Source: a virus. Taken from it: a stretch of 44,247 nt of DNA. The position numbers and the translations under genes were made by a program. The notes under the pieces are model-generated. The model was not told where the DNA came from. It saw only the letters and a program-made list of their open reading frames with translations, and made no database searches. Positions 9,801 to 17,224 of the stretch are shown here, piece by piece (within the stretch, counting starts at the first letter, position 1; every line of letters begins with the position of its first letter). Location of the stretch: positions 1 to 44,247 of the IMG/VR virus record IMGVR_UViG_3300045988_043739; one strand, given 5' to 3'.

Positions 9801-12800
9801 GACCCGTGCGGGGGCTGAGACGGTGCAGACGGGCGTTCAGACTGCACCGCCGGAAATTACACAGCCGATGCAGGAAAACGCGCAGGGCGCGGCACAGCAG
9901 GCGGACATTAACCCCAAGCTGACAAAAGCGGAAGTGAATGCGGAGAGCTCGGTGGGCGCGGCGGAAACCGGATTTGACCCGTATTCCAAGATGGTCAATG
10001 ATTACGGCGCGATTCCGGAGGGTATGAACCCGGCGCGCATGGTGGATGTACCGCAGAGTACGAACGGCACGGACAGGGTAAGCAATGTTGCAAGAACGAT
10101 CATGGAAAGCGGCGTGACACCGGACAACCTCATTCCGGTACTGGAGAACCATGTTGCAGAGGGTTTGTTTTCGCATGATGTGAAGTCGCTGAAAAAAACA
10201 CTCAGCGGTGCGACGAAAACCATTCAGAAGAAGGGATGGCAGGGCGCGTTTGATCAGTGGGAGGAAGTGACGGACGGCCGCAGAGCCGTTACGGACGATG
10301 ATATTGCACTCGGTCAGATGATGTACACGGCGGCGGTCGAAGCGGGCGACACGCAGACGGCAATGAAACTCGCGGGTGATCTTGCAGTGCAGGGTACGGC
10401 GCTCGGACGCGGTGTAAATGCGTTTAAGCTGCTGAAAAAGACCACGCCCGAAGGTCAGCTTTACTACTTGCAGAAGGCTGTTCAGAAGATTCAGCAGGAA
10501 TATCAGTCTCGGTTTGATAAGCAGGCGGGAAAGGCTGCGAAAAAGCAGGGTGTTCCGGCGGAAGATATTGCGGACCAGTATGGCCTCAAGTTGAACGAGG
10601 ATTTGGTGCAGGAGTTTCTGAACGCGGAGACGCAGGAAGCACGCGACGCGGTTGTAGACAAGATTTACAATGACGTTGCGCAGCAGATTCCTAAGACGGC
10701 AGGCGACAGGCTGAACGCATGGCGCTATTTTGCGATGCTCGGCAATCCGAGGACACATATCCGCAACATTATGGGCAACGTAGCCTCTGCGGCGGCGCTT
10801 GATACCAGTCACAAGGTTTCGGCAGTCGGACAGAAGTTTTTGCCGAAGGAAAAGCGAACCCGTGCGCTGCATACGAGCAAGGCCGCAAAGCAGTTTGCCA
10901 AGGCGGACTATGCAAACGTCGAGACGGAACTCAGCGGCAATGCCTACAAAACCGAAATGAGCGACATCAAGCAGCGGCAGAAGCTGTTTCCGAAGCCGCT
11001 GCAAAAGGTGATGGACGCGAACACATGGGCGCTTGACGCGGAAGATCAGGTTTTTAAGAAGAAATCCTACATTGACAGCATGGGCAACTTCCTGACGGCG
11101 CGCGGCTGGGACGTGAACAATCTGACGGAATCGCAGCTGAACGAGGCGCGTCAGCACGCGATTCAGGACGCGAAGATCGCAACGTTTCAGGATGCGTCAA
11201 AGCTGGCGGATAAGCTCAGCGAGATAGAACACAGCGGCAAGGCATGGGGCGTTGCTATTGGCTCACTTGTGCCGTTCAAGCGCACGCCAATCAATGTTGC
11301 CAAACGCTCGTTTGAGCTGTCACCGGTCGGACTGCTGAAAGCAATCACCTATGACGCGGCGCAGGTCAAGAAGGGCAACATGGACGCAACCAAGATGATC
11401 GACCACATCGGACAGGGTCTCACCGGCTCGGGCGTTGCGGTGCTCGGCGCGTTCCTTGCAGCGCAAGGCATTTTCTCGGCAGGCTCGAGCGACGACGACA
11501 AGGAAGCAAACTTTGATGCGGGCATGGGTCAGCAGGAGTATGCAATCAACATCGGCGGCAAGTCGTATACCATCGACTGGGCGTCTCCGGCTGTTGTGCC
11601 GCTTGCGATGGGCGGCGAACTGTATGAAGCACTGCACCAGAAGTACGACGACGAGGAAACCGCGTTCAATCAGGCAATGGCAACGGTCAGCCGTATGTTT
11701 GACCCGATGCTCAATATGACGATGCTTTCCGGCATTGGCTCGACGGTTACGAGCGCGGCATACAACAAGAGTAATCCGCTGTTTGGCATTGCAAGCAACA
11801 TTGCAACCAACTTTGGCGGTCAGTTTGTGCCGACGCTGTTCGGTCAGGTTGCGCGGACGGTGGACAACACGCGCAGAACCACCTATGCGGACAAGAACAG
11901 TCCTGTTCCGTCGAGTGTACAGAAGTTCTTGCAGCGGCAGGCAAACAAAATTCCGGGACTGTCGCAGTATCAGCCTGCCTATACGGATGTATGGGGCAGA
12001 GAACAGAAGAACGGACCGGACAACGTGTTCGCACGCGCGGCGTACAACTTCTTCTCGCCGGGCTATCTGGCGGATGCAAAGGGCACACAGGCAGAAAAGG
12101 CGCTCAAAGAGCTGTATCAGGCAACCGGCGACAACTCTGTACTGCCAAGCAAGCCGCAGAAGTATTACAAGGATGCAGACGGCGTGAAGAAGTTCCTCTC
12201 TGCGTCGGAATACTCCAAGCTGACAAGCGAGGGCGGTAAAATCTCGCTGGATGCAATCGACAAGCTGACAAAATCCGAGGCATACAAGCAAATGTCGAAC
12301 GATGAGAGAATCGAAGCGGTTGCGGATATTTACAAGTATGCTAAGGATGTTGCGGCGAATAAGACATACGGCAAGGAGCTGGACGGCACGACGAAACTTG
12401 TAAAGGAAAGCGGCATGGAGCCGGGACTTTATTATGCGTACAAGGAAATGCAGTCCAACTTCAAAGCCTCTATGGAAAACTATGAGGCATTCGATCAGAC
12501 GTTCCTTGCGATTAAGAATGACAAGTCTCTTTCTGAGCAGGAGAAGAACAGTTTGTATCACAATCTGCTGATCAAGGGCAACGACGAGGCAACGTGGAAG
12601 AAATACACCGAGATCAGCGACAAGGTAACAGCAGAAGAATTTGTTGATGCGCTGACACAGGTAAAGTACATCAAGGGCATTGGCAAGGAAGAACTTTCGG
12701 ATGAAACGGGCGCTGAACAAGCTAAGGCGGAAGCAACCGAGTTTTCCAAGTACCTTGATATGATGGGGTATACCGGTGAAAAACGTGCAGCGCTGGAAGA

Positions 12801-13623
12801 CAAATTCGGCTTCTACTCGATGATTCGCCAAGACCCGCAGAATTACACATTTGATATGCTCAAGAATGAAGGCAACACCTACGAGCGCGACGCAATCAGT
12901 GCGGTTGAAAGCTCCGGCATGAGTGCTTCGCAGTACAATCAGATTAAGACACTTGCGAACAGACTGCAGGCCGGTGTTGACTATGAAAAGGGTAAGAGCG
13001 GTGCAAAGAAGGCGGCGCAGGCAAAGATCGTTTCTCAGAACGTCGATAACTACGATCAGTACGCAGCGGTTATGAGCGCACTGGGTCTCAAGAGGTTTGA
13101 CAGTCTTTACAGCAGCGGCGGCAAACTGCCGAAAGATAGCGGTTTGAACACCGGCATCAATGTAAACCGTTCATCGGCTTCGCAGAAGACCAGCAGCGCG
13201 GGATTTGTTAATCCGACTACGGCAAGCAACTCAGTTGTAACCAGCGGATACGGCGGCAGAAACGCGGTCAAGACCTCAACAGGCTACAGCAGCACCGACC
13301 ATGACGGCATCGACATTGGCGGCACAGGCGGCAATCTGAACGGTCAGGCGGCGGACAGTATCGGCGGTGGCAAGGTTACTGAGGTTGGCTACGATGAGAA
13401 CGGCTACGGCAACTATGTTGTGGTAGACCACGGCAACGGCTACACCTCGCTGTACGGTCACTTGCAGAAGGCTACGGTTAAGCAGGGAGACACGGTAAGC
13501 GCAGGTCAGCAGGTCGGCGTGATCGGCTCCACCGGCAGCAGTTCCGCTCCGCACCTGCACCTGAGAGTGCATAAGAACGGACAGAGCATTGACCCGAGAA
13601 CGGTTATTCCGGGGTATAAATAA
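6844..13623 (+). CDS. Giant 2259-aa protein with C-terminal M23 (LytM) peptidase; candidate ejected/polyvalent virion protein
   Basis: GGAGG RBS. Basic N-terminus. Central hydrophobic Gly/Ala segments (GVAVLGAFLAAQGIF; FGIASNIATNFGGQFVPTLFG). The C-terminal ~120 aa carry the M23 signature HDGIDIG ... GNYVVVDHGNGYTSLYGHL ... GSTGSSSAPHLHLRV. Confidence 0.9.
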   Translation: MASNKKNRYNLSKGRKEQLAQARQNAKDDYNRRQKEKQNKALIQQFNATHKNAPKQTISAKGGNRNTRHSTGTTRSTVSKTRMNGSLGNSFGGSRTGGAKTTTDRRANAAHKADTERRQSTTLRQGSSYLTGGSTRKATPYAAAQQVYTPLRSNDRRARAGRAADANRTINARNQMATTKTGTGKTWNEKEERQKAIDTLNANSMAWHNTSDEVEKTRLHAANDRIRKKFGMTYNGDTGATYLPKASGGKTNVSKPVVETARNAAFGQNYQTQEQRQSRYDELNNEIDRMQKQYPYLISMDMKNRNAGEKLAAVPWLISHPKLAAAGINGDDQYSKMSTTNKKQADAMYQLYKRLNDEADAISKQSAGKAWGSGVANAALNAAGAVENGARYATSAAENALSGALKLAGKQDAGQFWEDVAKNTVNTSFADSAMQKVNDWAQPVGSAKKAQELAGSGARMLPGMALGAATGTASKVSSLLDKAPLANASLAAIFGDSAASGAREALNDGASLNQALAYGAGSGLTEVGTEKMFGGIPGLNEGVAKLGSKSRILNKAFDVLGEGVEEAASTLIDPYLKRATYDKNAKNATAQELWDSAKGGMALAGIMQGANAVSERLANRRYGTAPAETTTSIHDANADVRAAEQMDNRLHPNTSQALPTAQRLALPEGNTRTANTLYANENGGVANNLRAFNNADTPDVLYGNMRGDFTSAPDSGSVLYASQNGQVSQTLPTGYLPVGRSGLTKVAAQVDETQTIPRFAVDDAGNPNGGLSDAEMQWAKLLAANQEKTGVSIQQLTHEIVDSTFEEYNQALQSAEQYVRDYTPQGTSVVWNADGTSFRASNNEKWYSDYYKKNGKAPSRAEAAQVAAQLVKADIQRGGGQFISAELAQDLQTALEIQAAANALGENVISAQVVDGNLVVQRGKPAYTANIQDTNARLDRNIISPVMQGATAAPINLSPMQRTGQTQSAPTLADVQQARNDIMPKLTRAGAETVQTGVQTAPPEITQPMQENAQGAAQQADINPKLTKAEVNAESSVGAAETGFDPYSKMVNDYGAIPEGMNPARMVDVPQSTNGTDRVSNVARTIMESGVTPDNLIPVLENHVAEGLFSHDVKSLKKTLSGATKTIQKKGWQGAFDQWEEVTDGRRAVTDDDIALGQMMYTAAVEAGDTQTAMKLAGDLAVQGTALGRGVNAFKLLKKTTPEGQLYYLQKAVQKIQQEYQSRFDKQAGKAAKKQGVPAEDIADQYGLKLNEDLVQEFLNAETQEARDAVVDKIYNDVAQQIPKTAGDRLNAWRYFAMLGNPRTHIRNIMGNVASAAALDTSHKVSAVGQKFLPKEKRTRALHTSKAAKQFAKADYANVETELSGNAYKTEMSDIKQRQKLFPKPLQKVMDANTWALDAEDQVFKKKSYIDSMGNFLTARGWDVNNLTESQLNEARQHAIQDAKIATFQDASKLADKLSEIEHSGKAWGVAIGSLVPFKRTPINVAKRSFELSPVGLLKAITYDAAQVKKGNMDATKMIDHIGQGLTGSGVAVLGAFLAAQGIFSAGSSDDDKEANFDAGMGQQEYAINIGGKSYTIDWASPAVVPLAMGGELYEALHQKYDDEETAFNQAMATVSRMFDPMLNMTMLSGIGSTVTSAAYNKSNPLFGIASNIATNFGGQFVPTLFGQVARTVDNTRRTTYADKNSPVPSSVQKFLQRQANKIPGLSQYQPAYTDVWGREQKNGPDNVFARAAYNFFSPGYLADAKGTQAEKALKELYQATGDNSVLPSKPQKYYKDADGVKKFLSASEYSKLTSEGGKISLDAIDKLTKSEAYKQMSNDERIEAVADIYKYAKDVAANKTYGKELDGTTKLVKESGMEPGLYYAYKEMQSNFKASMENYEAFDQTFLAIKNDKSLSEQEKNSLYHNLLIKGNDEATWKKYTEISDKVTAEEFVDALTQVKYIKGIGKEELSDETGAEQAKAEATEFSKYLDMMGYTGEKRAALEDKFGFYSMIRQDPQNYTFDMLKNEGNTYERDAISAVESSGMSASQYNQIKTLANRLQAGVDYEKGKSGAKKAAQAKIVSQNVDNYDQYAAVMSALGLKRFDSLYSSGGKLPKDSGLNTGINVNRSSASQKTSSAGFVNPTTASNSVVTSGYGGRNAVKTSTGYSSTDHDGIDIGGTGGNLNGQAADSIGGGKVTEVGYDENGYGNYVVVDHGNGYTSLYGHLQKATVKQGDTVSAGQQVGVIGSTGSSSAPHLHLRVHKNGQSIDPRTVIPGYK

Positions 13624-13629
13624 TAAAAG

Positions 13630-13658
13630 TTGAAGTCCCACTTTGCTTGTGGTACAAT
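13630..13658 (+). promoter_or_regulatory. Promoter-like element TTGAAG-17-TACAAT with TG extension, embedded in a 17-bp-stem hairpin (13634-13677)
   Basis: TTGAAG 13630-13635, 17-nt spacer ending TGG, TACAAT 13653-13658. Hairpin arms are AGTCCCACTTTGCTTGT and ACAAGTAAAGTGGGACT. Confidence 0.45.
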
Positions 13659-13746
13659 GTACAAGTAAAGTGGGACTAAACATGGGACGAAAATTTTTTG
13701 AAGTGCCAAAAGTTCAGATATACCGTGGAGTTTTGAAATTTCACCT

Positions 13747-13796
13747 CGTCCTTGGTAAGGATGAGGTCACCAGTTCAAATCTGGTTAGCAGCTCCA
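13747..13796 (+). other. attP core: 3' portion of a tRNA-Thr(GGU) gene (anticodon arm to CCA), not a complete tRNA
   Basis: CGTCC-TTGGTAA-GGATG (anticodon loop with U33, GGT, A37), AGGTC variable loop, ACCAG-TTCAAAT-CTGGT T-arm, TAGCAGC-T-CCA acceptor 3' strand. No matching 5' acceptor strand (GCTGCTA) or D-arm lies upstream. Confidence 0.7.
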
Positions 13797-13800
13797 CATT

Positions 13801-13846
13801 AAAAAGCCTTGTTTCTTTGGTAAATCCATTGAAACAAGGCTTTTTT
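13801..13846. terminator. Bidirectional intrinsic terminator between attP core and integrase
   Basis: AAAAA-GCCTTGTTTC-(15-nt loop)-GAAACAAGGC-TTTTTT. A 10-bp perfect stem flanked by A5 and T6. Confidence 0.8.
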
Positions 13847-13852
13847 GTTATT

Positions 13853-15031
13853 TTATACGGCTTTGAGCACTGCTGCACGAAGTTCTTTCAGCTCTCGCAT
13901 AATGTCAGCCATAGGCGTTTTTTGCACTTCGTTAATGGGACTAAATGTGGGACTGAACAAGGCGGCTAATTGCTCACCTGCACGTTCGATCATATCCTCG
14001 CCGGTGTGCGTGTAAATTTTGGCGGTGATCTCGATGGATGCGTGTCCCATGAGTTTGCTTGCGACGTTGAGCGGTACGCCCGCACGCTCTAAATCTGTGC
14101 AGAACGTGTGGCGCAGATCGTAGGGAACGATAGGCGGCAGCTGCTCGGCAATGGGTGAGATTTTCCTTGCCGCGATCAACTCGCGTTCGGTATCATCCAT
14201 AGCGGCGCGGAAACCCTGCCACATGGCACGCATGGACTTATCATCGTACAAGTGCCCGTTACGCGGAAAAACCAATTCACCGAACGAACCGGCTTTCGGC
14301 AGGACTGCGGCAAGCTGGGGGATGATCGGGATTTTGCGAACGCCTGCGTCTGACTTGGGGTATTTCTCGGTGCGGGTGTCCCGGTCGTATGCCTTGTTAA
14401 CGGTAATCATACCGCCTGTAATATCGGCGTATGTCAGCACAAGGCTTTCCGCCGGACGCAAGCCACTATACAGCAGAGTAAGCACCCATGGCCCCGCAGG
14501 ATGCGTCTTTGTGGTTTCCAGTAAAATAACACGTTCGCGGTCTGTAATGCTCCTGTGGCTCTTCTGCTTGCCAGTACGGGGTATCTTCAAATCTTCCGCA
14601 GGATTATTGACGCACAAGCCGTTCTGCTTGGCAGCGCGGAACATCTGCTCGATGGTCTGCTGCACCTTCTTTACGGTGTCCGGCGCGCGTCCATCTGCTG
14701 AGTTAAGCGCTTCCTGACAGTTCAGCGGACGCACCTTACTAACAGGAATATCCCCAATGTAGGGATAGACGTAGTTCACAAGCCGTCCCTCGATCAGCCT
14801 GCGCGTGGATTTCTTCACGCCTGACTTGTAGGTTTCTACCCAGCGCTTGCCCCATTCCTTTACGGTAACACCGGCTTCAATGAGTTTGCTTCCGGATTCA
14901 ATCTCTGCGCGTTTTGCTCTGATCTTCTCGTTGAGTTCCTTCTCGGTCTTGGCTCTCAGGTCGTAGTGTTTCCCCATATATGTTCCGGTCTCACGGACAA
15001 AGCCGCGAGGGTCTTTTTTGCGTCTTGGCAT
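13853..15031 (-). CDS. int: Tyrosine recombinase / phage integrase
   Basis: 392 aa. The C-terminal catalytic region includes GLRPAE, HDLRHTFCT, MGHASIEITAKIYTH. GGAGGA RBS. Adjacent to the tRNA-derived attP. Confidence 0.95.
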   Translation of the reverse strand: MPRRKKDPRGFVRETGTYMGKHYDLRAKTEKELNEKIRAKRAEIESGSKLIEAGVTVKEWGKRWVETYKSGVKKSTRRLIEGRLVNYVYPYIGDIPVSKVRPLNCQEALNSADGRAPDTVKKVQQTIEQMFRAAKQNGLCVNNPAEDLKIPRTGKQKSHRSITDRERVILLETTKTHPAGPWVLTLLYSGLRPAESLVLTYADITGGMITVNKAYDRDTRTEKYPKSDAGVRKIPIIPQLAAVLPKAGSFGELVFPRNGHLYDDKSMRAMWQGFRAAMDDTERELIAARKISPIAEQLPPIVPYDLRHTFCTDLERAGVPLNVASKLMGHASIEITAKIYTHTGEDMIERAGEQLAALFSPTFSPINEVQKTPMADIMRELKELRAAVLKAV

Positions 15032-15063
15032 TGCAAATTCCTCCTATTTTGGATATAATAGAA

Positions 15064-15138
15064 GGGTAGAATCCGTTCCAAAAGTTTCTACCCTTGTTTT
15101 CCCGCTTCGGTGTTGGCGCACTGGAGCGGGATTTTTTT
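15064..15138. terminator. Two hairpins between membrane-protein gene and integrase (terminator-like)
   Basis: GGGTAGAA...TTCTACCC (15064-15093), followed on the minus strand by a U-rich tract. CCCGCT...AGCGGG + T7 (15101-15138) on the plus strand. Confidence 0.4.
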
Positions 15139-15141
15139 GTT

Positions 15142-15558
15142 TCAAAAACGTTTTTTCAGGTAACCGCAGGTCGGTACCCAGATCAGGTACAGTACAAGCA
15201 GTTGGATGAACACAGAACCGAAACTAAAGTAATCCGGCAGTGTTGCATAGTCTGCGCATGCGGTTGCAATGTGCGTTATGGTGCTTGCTATAATCACATC
15301 ACGCGCACAGTTGGTGCAGCGCGGGCTTTTCCGGAATAAGTTCACGGCTAAACGAGCGCCCATAACGGCCGATACAATGCCGCAGATAATGTAGGTGCAG
15401 CAGTACATCGGTTCAGAGTAAAACATAGTGGATGCCGAACCGGCCTTGAACAGCGACAATCCCTGTATAGCTGAGTATGGAGAAAACAGGCTACAGATTG
15501 CGCCGAGCGGCACGACAACACGCAGGATGTTAAACCAGATCATGCCTTGTGGCTTCAT
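15142..15558 (-). CDS. Four-TM integral membrane protein (lysogeny-side moron)
   Basis: 138 aa, four hydrophobic segments, GGAAGTG RBS. Co-oriented with int and repressor. Confidence 0.7.
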   Translation of the reverse strand: MKPQGMIWFNILRVVVPLGAICSLFSPYSAIQGLSLFKAGSASTMFYSEPMYCCTYIICGIVSAVMGARLAVNLFRKSPRCTNCARDVIIASTITHIATACADYATLPDYFSFGSVFIQLLVLYLIWVPTCGYLKKRF

Positions 15559-15570
15559 GATATCACTTCC

Positions 15571-16101
15571 TTACTGTGCGCAGTTCATGCAGGGCGTGTA
15601 GCCCTTGTCACTGGCTTCTGCGATTGTGGTTTTGATTGCGTTTTCACCGGCGCAGGACTGCGACAGGTGGTAACGCTTGCCGGATGGTGTGATGTAGGCG
15701 GTGGGGCTTTCGGGCTCGTCTCCATCGTCCAGATGGGCGGTATAGTCGTATCCGCCGATGTCGTCCGTATCCGGCTCTATGCCGTTTTCCCAACAAGCAT
15801 CCTGCCAGCCTTCTTCATACGCCTGCTGCGTCAGGTCCTCAACGGAGCTTTTCTCGTTTGACAGCTCATTGTATTCGGCTGTTTTGGAATCAAGCTGGGA
15901 TTGCAGATCGGCTATTTGTGCATTCAGATCGTCAACAGTGGCAATCTGTGCTTTTGCTTTCGACACGGTAACTGCGTTTTGGTCTATCTGTTCGCATAGG
16001 GCAACACTGCTTCTGTATAGCTGATAGGCATATACAGATACGCCTATTACAGCGCACGCAAGTACCGCAGATATAGCAGCCTGCACGTTGGATTTGTTCA
16101 C
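15571..16101 (-). CDS. Membrane-anchored coiled-coil protein with C-terminal Ada-like Cys motif
   Basis: ORF 15571-16110. GTG 16101 is preferred (AAGGAAGTG 6 nt upstream), and GTG 16110 is the alternative. N-terminal TM (AAISAVLACAVIGVSVYAY), then a coiled coil, then C-terminal GKRYHLSQSC...GYTPCMNC. Confidence 0.7.
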   Translation of the reverse strand: MNKSNVQAAISAVLACAVIGVSVYAYQLYRSSVALCEQIDQNAVTVSKAKAQIATVDDLNAQIADLQSQLDSKTAEYNELSNEKSSVEDLTQQAYEEGWQDACWENGIEPDTDDIGGYDYTAHLDDGDEPESPTAYITPSGKRYHLSQSCAGENAIKTTIAEASDKGYTPCMNCAQ

Positions 16102-16156
16102 CTTGCACACTTCCTTTACTTATGGTAAAATATGCGTGCAAGGTTCCCTTGTATAA

Positions 16157-16196
16157 ATGCCCGTTTGGTGGTCACGTCACCGGCGGGCATTTTTTA
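16157..16196. terminator. Hairpin/terminator downstream of repressor gene
   Basis: ATGCCCG...CGGGCAT followed by TTTTTTATTT on the plus strand. It lies between the CI-like gene and the moron genes. Confidence 0.45.
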
Positions 16197-16243
16197 TTTG
16201 TCCGGGTTATGGGACGGTGGTTATGCTGGTCAATTTATTGCCC

Positions 16244-16272
16244 TTGATAATCGAACAAATGTTCTGTATAAT
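16244..16272 (+). promoter_or_regulatory. Near-consensus promoter TTGATA-17-TATAAT pointing into the 3' end of the repressor gene
   Basis: TTGATA 16244-16249, exact 17-nt spacer, TATAAT 16267-16272. A second TGcTAAAAT element lies about 60 nt downstream. Confidence 0.55.
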
Positions 16273-16428
16273 TTAGGCGTAAATTGACGAACGGTTTTGA
16301 TTGCATTTTCCTCAAAATGGTAATATGCTAAAATCAAAGAACGAAAGGCGGAAATTCAAATGGACAATATCGACAAGCTGTTAAACTACATCAATTCGTT
16401 TTCAAATCCCCGCCTCATCTTGGACACG

Positions 16429-16821
16429 CTATCCGCGATTGCTGAACCAGTCATCAATCACCGCGATAATGTGCATGAGGAATTGCAGGTCGGCATCCGA
16501 GATCGCGGCGCTGCCGCTCTCGATGATGTGAAGTTTCTGCAAAACTTCAAGTAAATCTTCACGGGTTACTTGTTTGTTCTCCCTCGTTTCGGCTTCGGCC
16601 GAGGCGGGGGCTTTTTCTTTTTCTATGCCGGTATCTAACAAGGTATCGGCAGAGATGTGAAGAACCTTTGCAAGCTGTTTGATTCTCTGCGGGTCAGGGT
16701 TTCGCTTTGCAGTTTCGTATCCACAATAGGTACTCTTTGTAATGCCTATTTCGTCGGCTATTTGCTGCTGGGTTAAACCGGCCTTAATGCGAGCAGCTTT
16801 CAGTTCTTCGTAGAATTCCAT
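16429..16821 (-). CDS. CI-like repressor (XRE-family HTH)
   Basis: LTQQQIADEIGITKSTYCGYETAKRNP is a classic HTH_3. GGAGGTG RBS. Divergent from the Cro-like gene, with operators in between. Confidence 0.85.
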   Translation of the reverse strand: MEFYEELKAARIKAGLTQQQIADEIGITKSTYCGYETAKRNPDPQRIKQLAKVLHISADTLLDTGIEKEKAPASAEAETRENKQVTREDLLEVLQKLHIIESGSAAISDADLQFLMHIIAVIDDWFSNRG

Positions 16822-16842
16822 GTGCTCACCTCCTATGAATAC

Positions 16843-16871
16843 AGCATATCACTAAGTTGGCGTTCTGTCAA
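16843..16871 (-). promoter_or_regulatory. Leftward (repressor) promoter TTGACA-17-TATGCT
   Basis: On the minus strand: TTGACA (16866-16871), 17-nt spacer containing CGCCAAC, TATGCT (16843-16848). Confidence 0.65.
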
Positions 16872-16944
16872 CATTTTTTGAAAAATCCCTTGACAAGTTG
16901 GCGTATTGCTGATAAACTGTAATCATAGGTTGGCGGAGCGCCAA
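16856..16944. promoter_or_regulatory. Three operator repeats (A)GTTGGCG
   Basis: GTTGGCG occurs at 16856-16862, 16897-16903 and 16929-16935. The third is a palindrome TTGGCG-GAG-CGCCAA (16930-16944). The first two sit in the spacers of the two divergent promoters. Confidence 0.6.
16890..16918 (+). promoter_or_regulatory. Rightward early promoter TTGACA-17-TAAACT
   Basis: TTGACA 16890-16895, 17-nt spacer containing GTTGGCG, TAAACT 16913-16918. It is upstream of the Cro-like gene. Confidence 0.65.
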
Positions 16945-16967
16945 CAAATGAGAAGGGAGGTGCAAAT

Positions 16968-17207
16968 ATGTATCCGAATTTGATGGGCATGAAAGCGTTT
17001 CACGGTCTGACATCTGATGATATGGGTAATATCTTAGGTATCAGCAGAAATGCCTATGAATCCAAAATGAAAAGCGGACGGTTTACGCCGAAAGAGTGCA
17101 AGCTACTGTGCCGCTATTTCAAGAAGCCGTTCACTTACCTGTTTGCCACGGACGATGAAATCACCAGCGGAGCATTCGGCGTAGAGAATGACAACGAGAG
17201 CGCATAA
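16968..17207 (+). CDS. Cro-like HTH protein
   Basis: 79 aa. GGGAGGTG RBS. DDMGNILGISRNAYESKMKSG is HTH-like. First gene of the rightward operon. Confidence 0.7.
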   Translation: MYPNLMGMKAFHGLTSDDMGNILGISRNAYESKMKSGRFTPKECKLLCRYFKKPFTYLFATDDEITSGAFGVENDNESA

Positions 17208-17224
17208 GCGGAGGTGAGAAGGAC

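Noticed and set aside
9526-12831. Very long minus-strand ORFs (543 aa at 9526-11157; 503 aa at 11320-12831) inside the giant gene
   Set aside because: They are antisense shadows of a clearly coding plus-strand gene that has an M23 domain and sensible composition. Their translations are R/L/C/H-rich and low-complexity, with no RBS and no motifs.
6844-13623. Tape measure protein
   Set aside because: Length, helicity, hydrophobic segments and a C-terminal M23 domain would fit. However, there is no tail tube, no chaperone pair and no distal-tail or baseplate genes, and the gene lies outside the tail module beyond the lysis cassette. The idea is not fully excluded without HMM searches.
13720-13796. 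A complete tRNA gene
   Set aside because: Only the anticodon arm, variable loop, T-arm and 3' acceptor strand are present. The required 5' acceptor strand (GCTGCTA) and a D-arm are absent upstream, so this is an attP-type fragment.
13643-13969. 108-aa plus-strand ORF spanning the attP region
   Set aside because: It reads through the tRNA-derived segment, the bidirectional terminator and the 3' end of the integrase gene. It has no RBS.
16360-16554. 64-aa plus-strand ORF as a confident protein gene
   Set aside because: Two thirds of it is antisense to the well-supported repressor gene. It is kept only as a possibility under the antisense-promoter finding.
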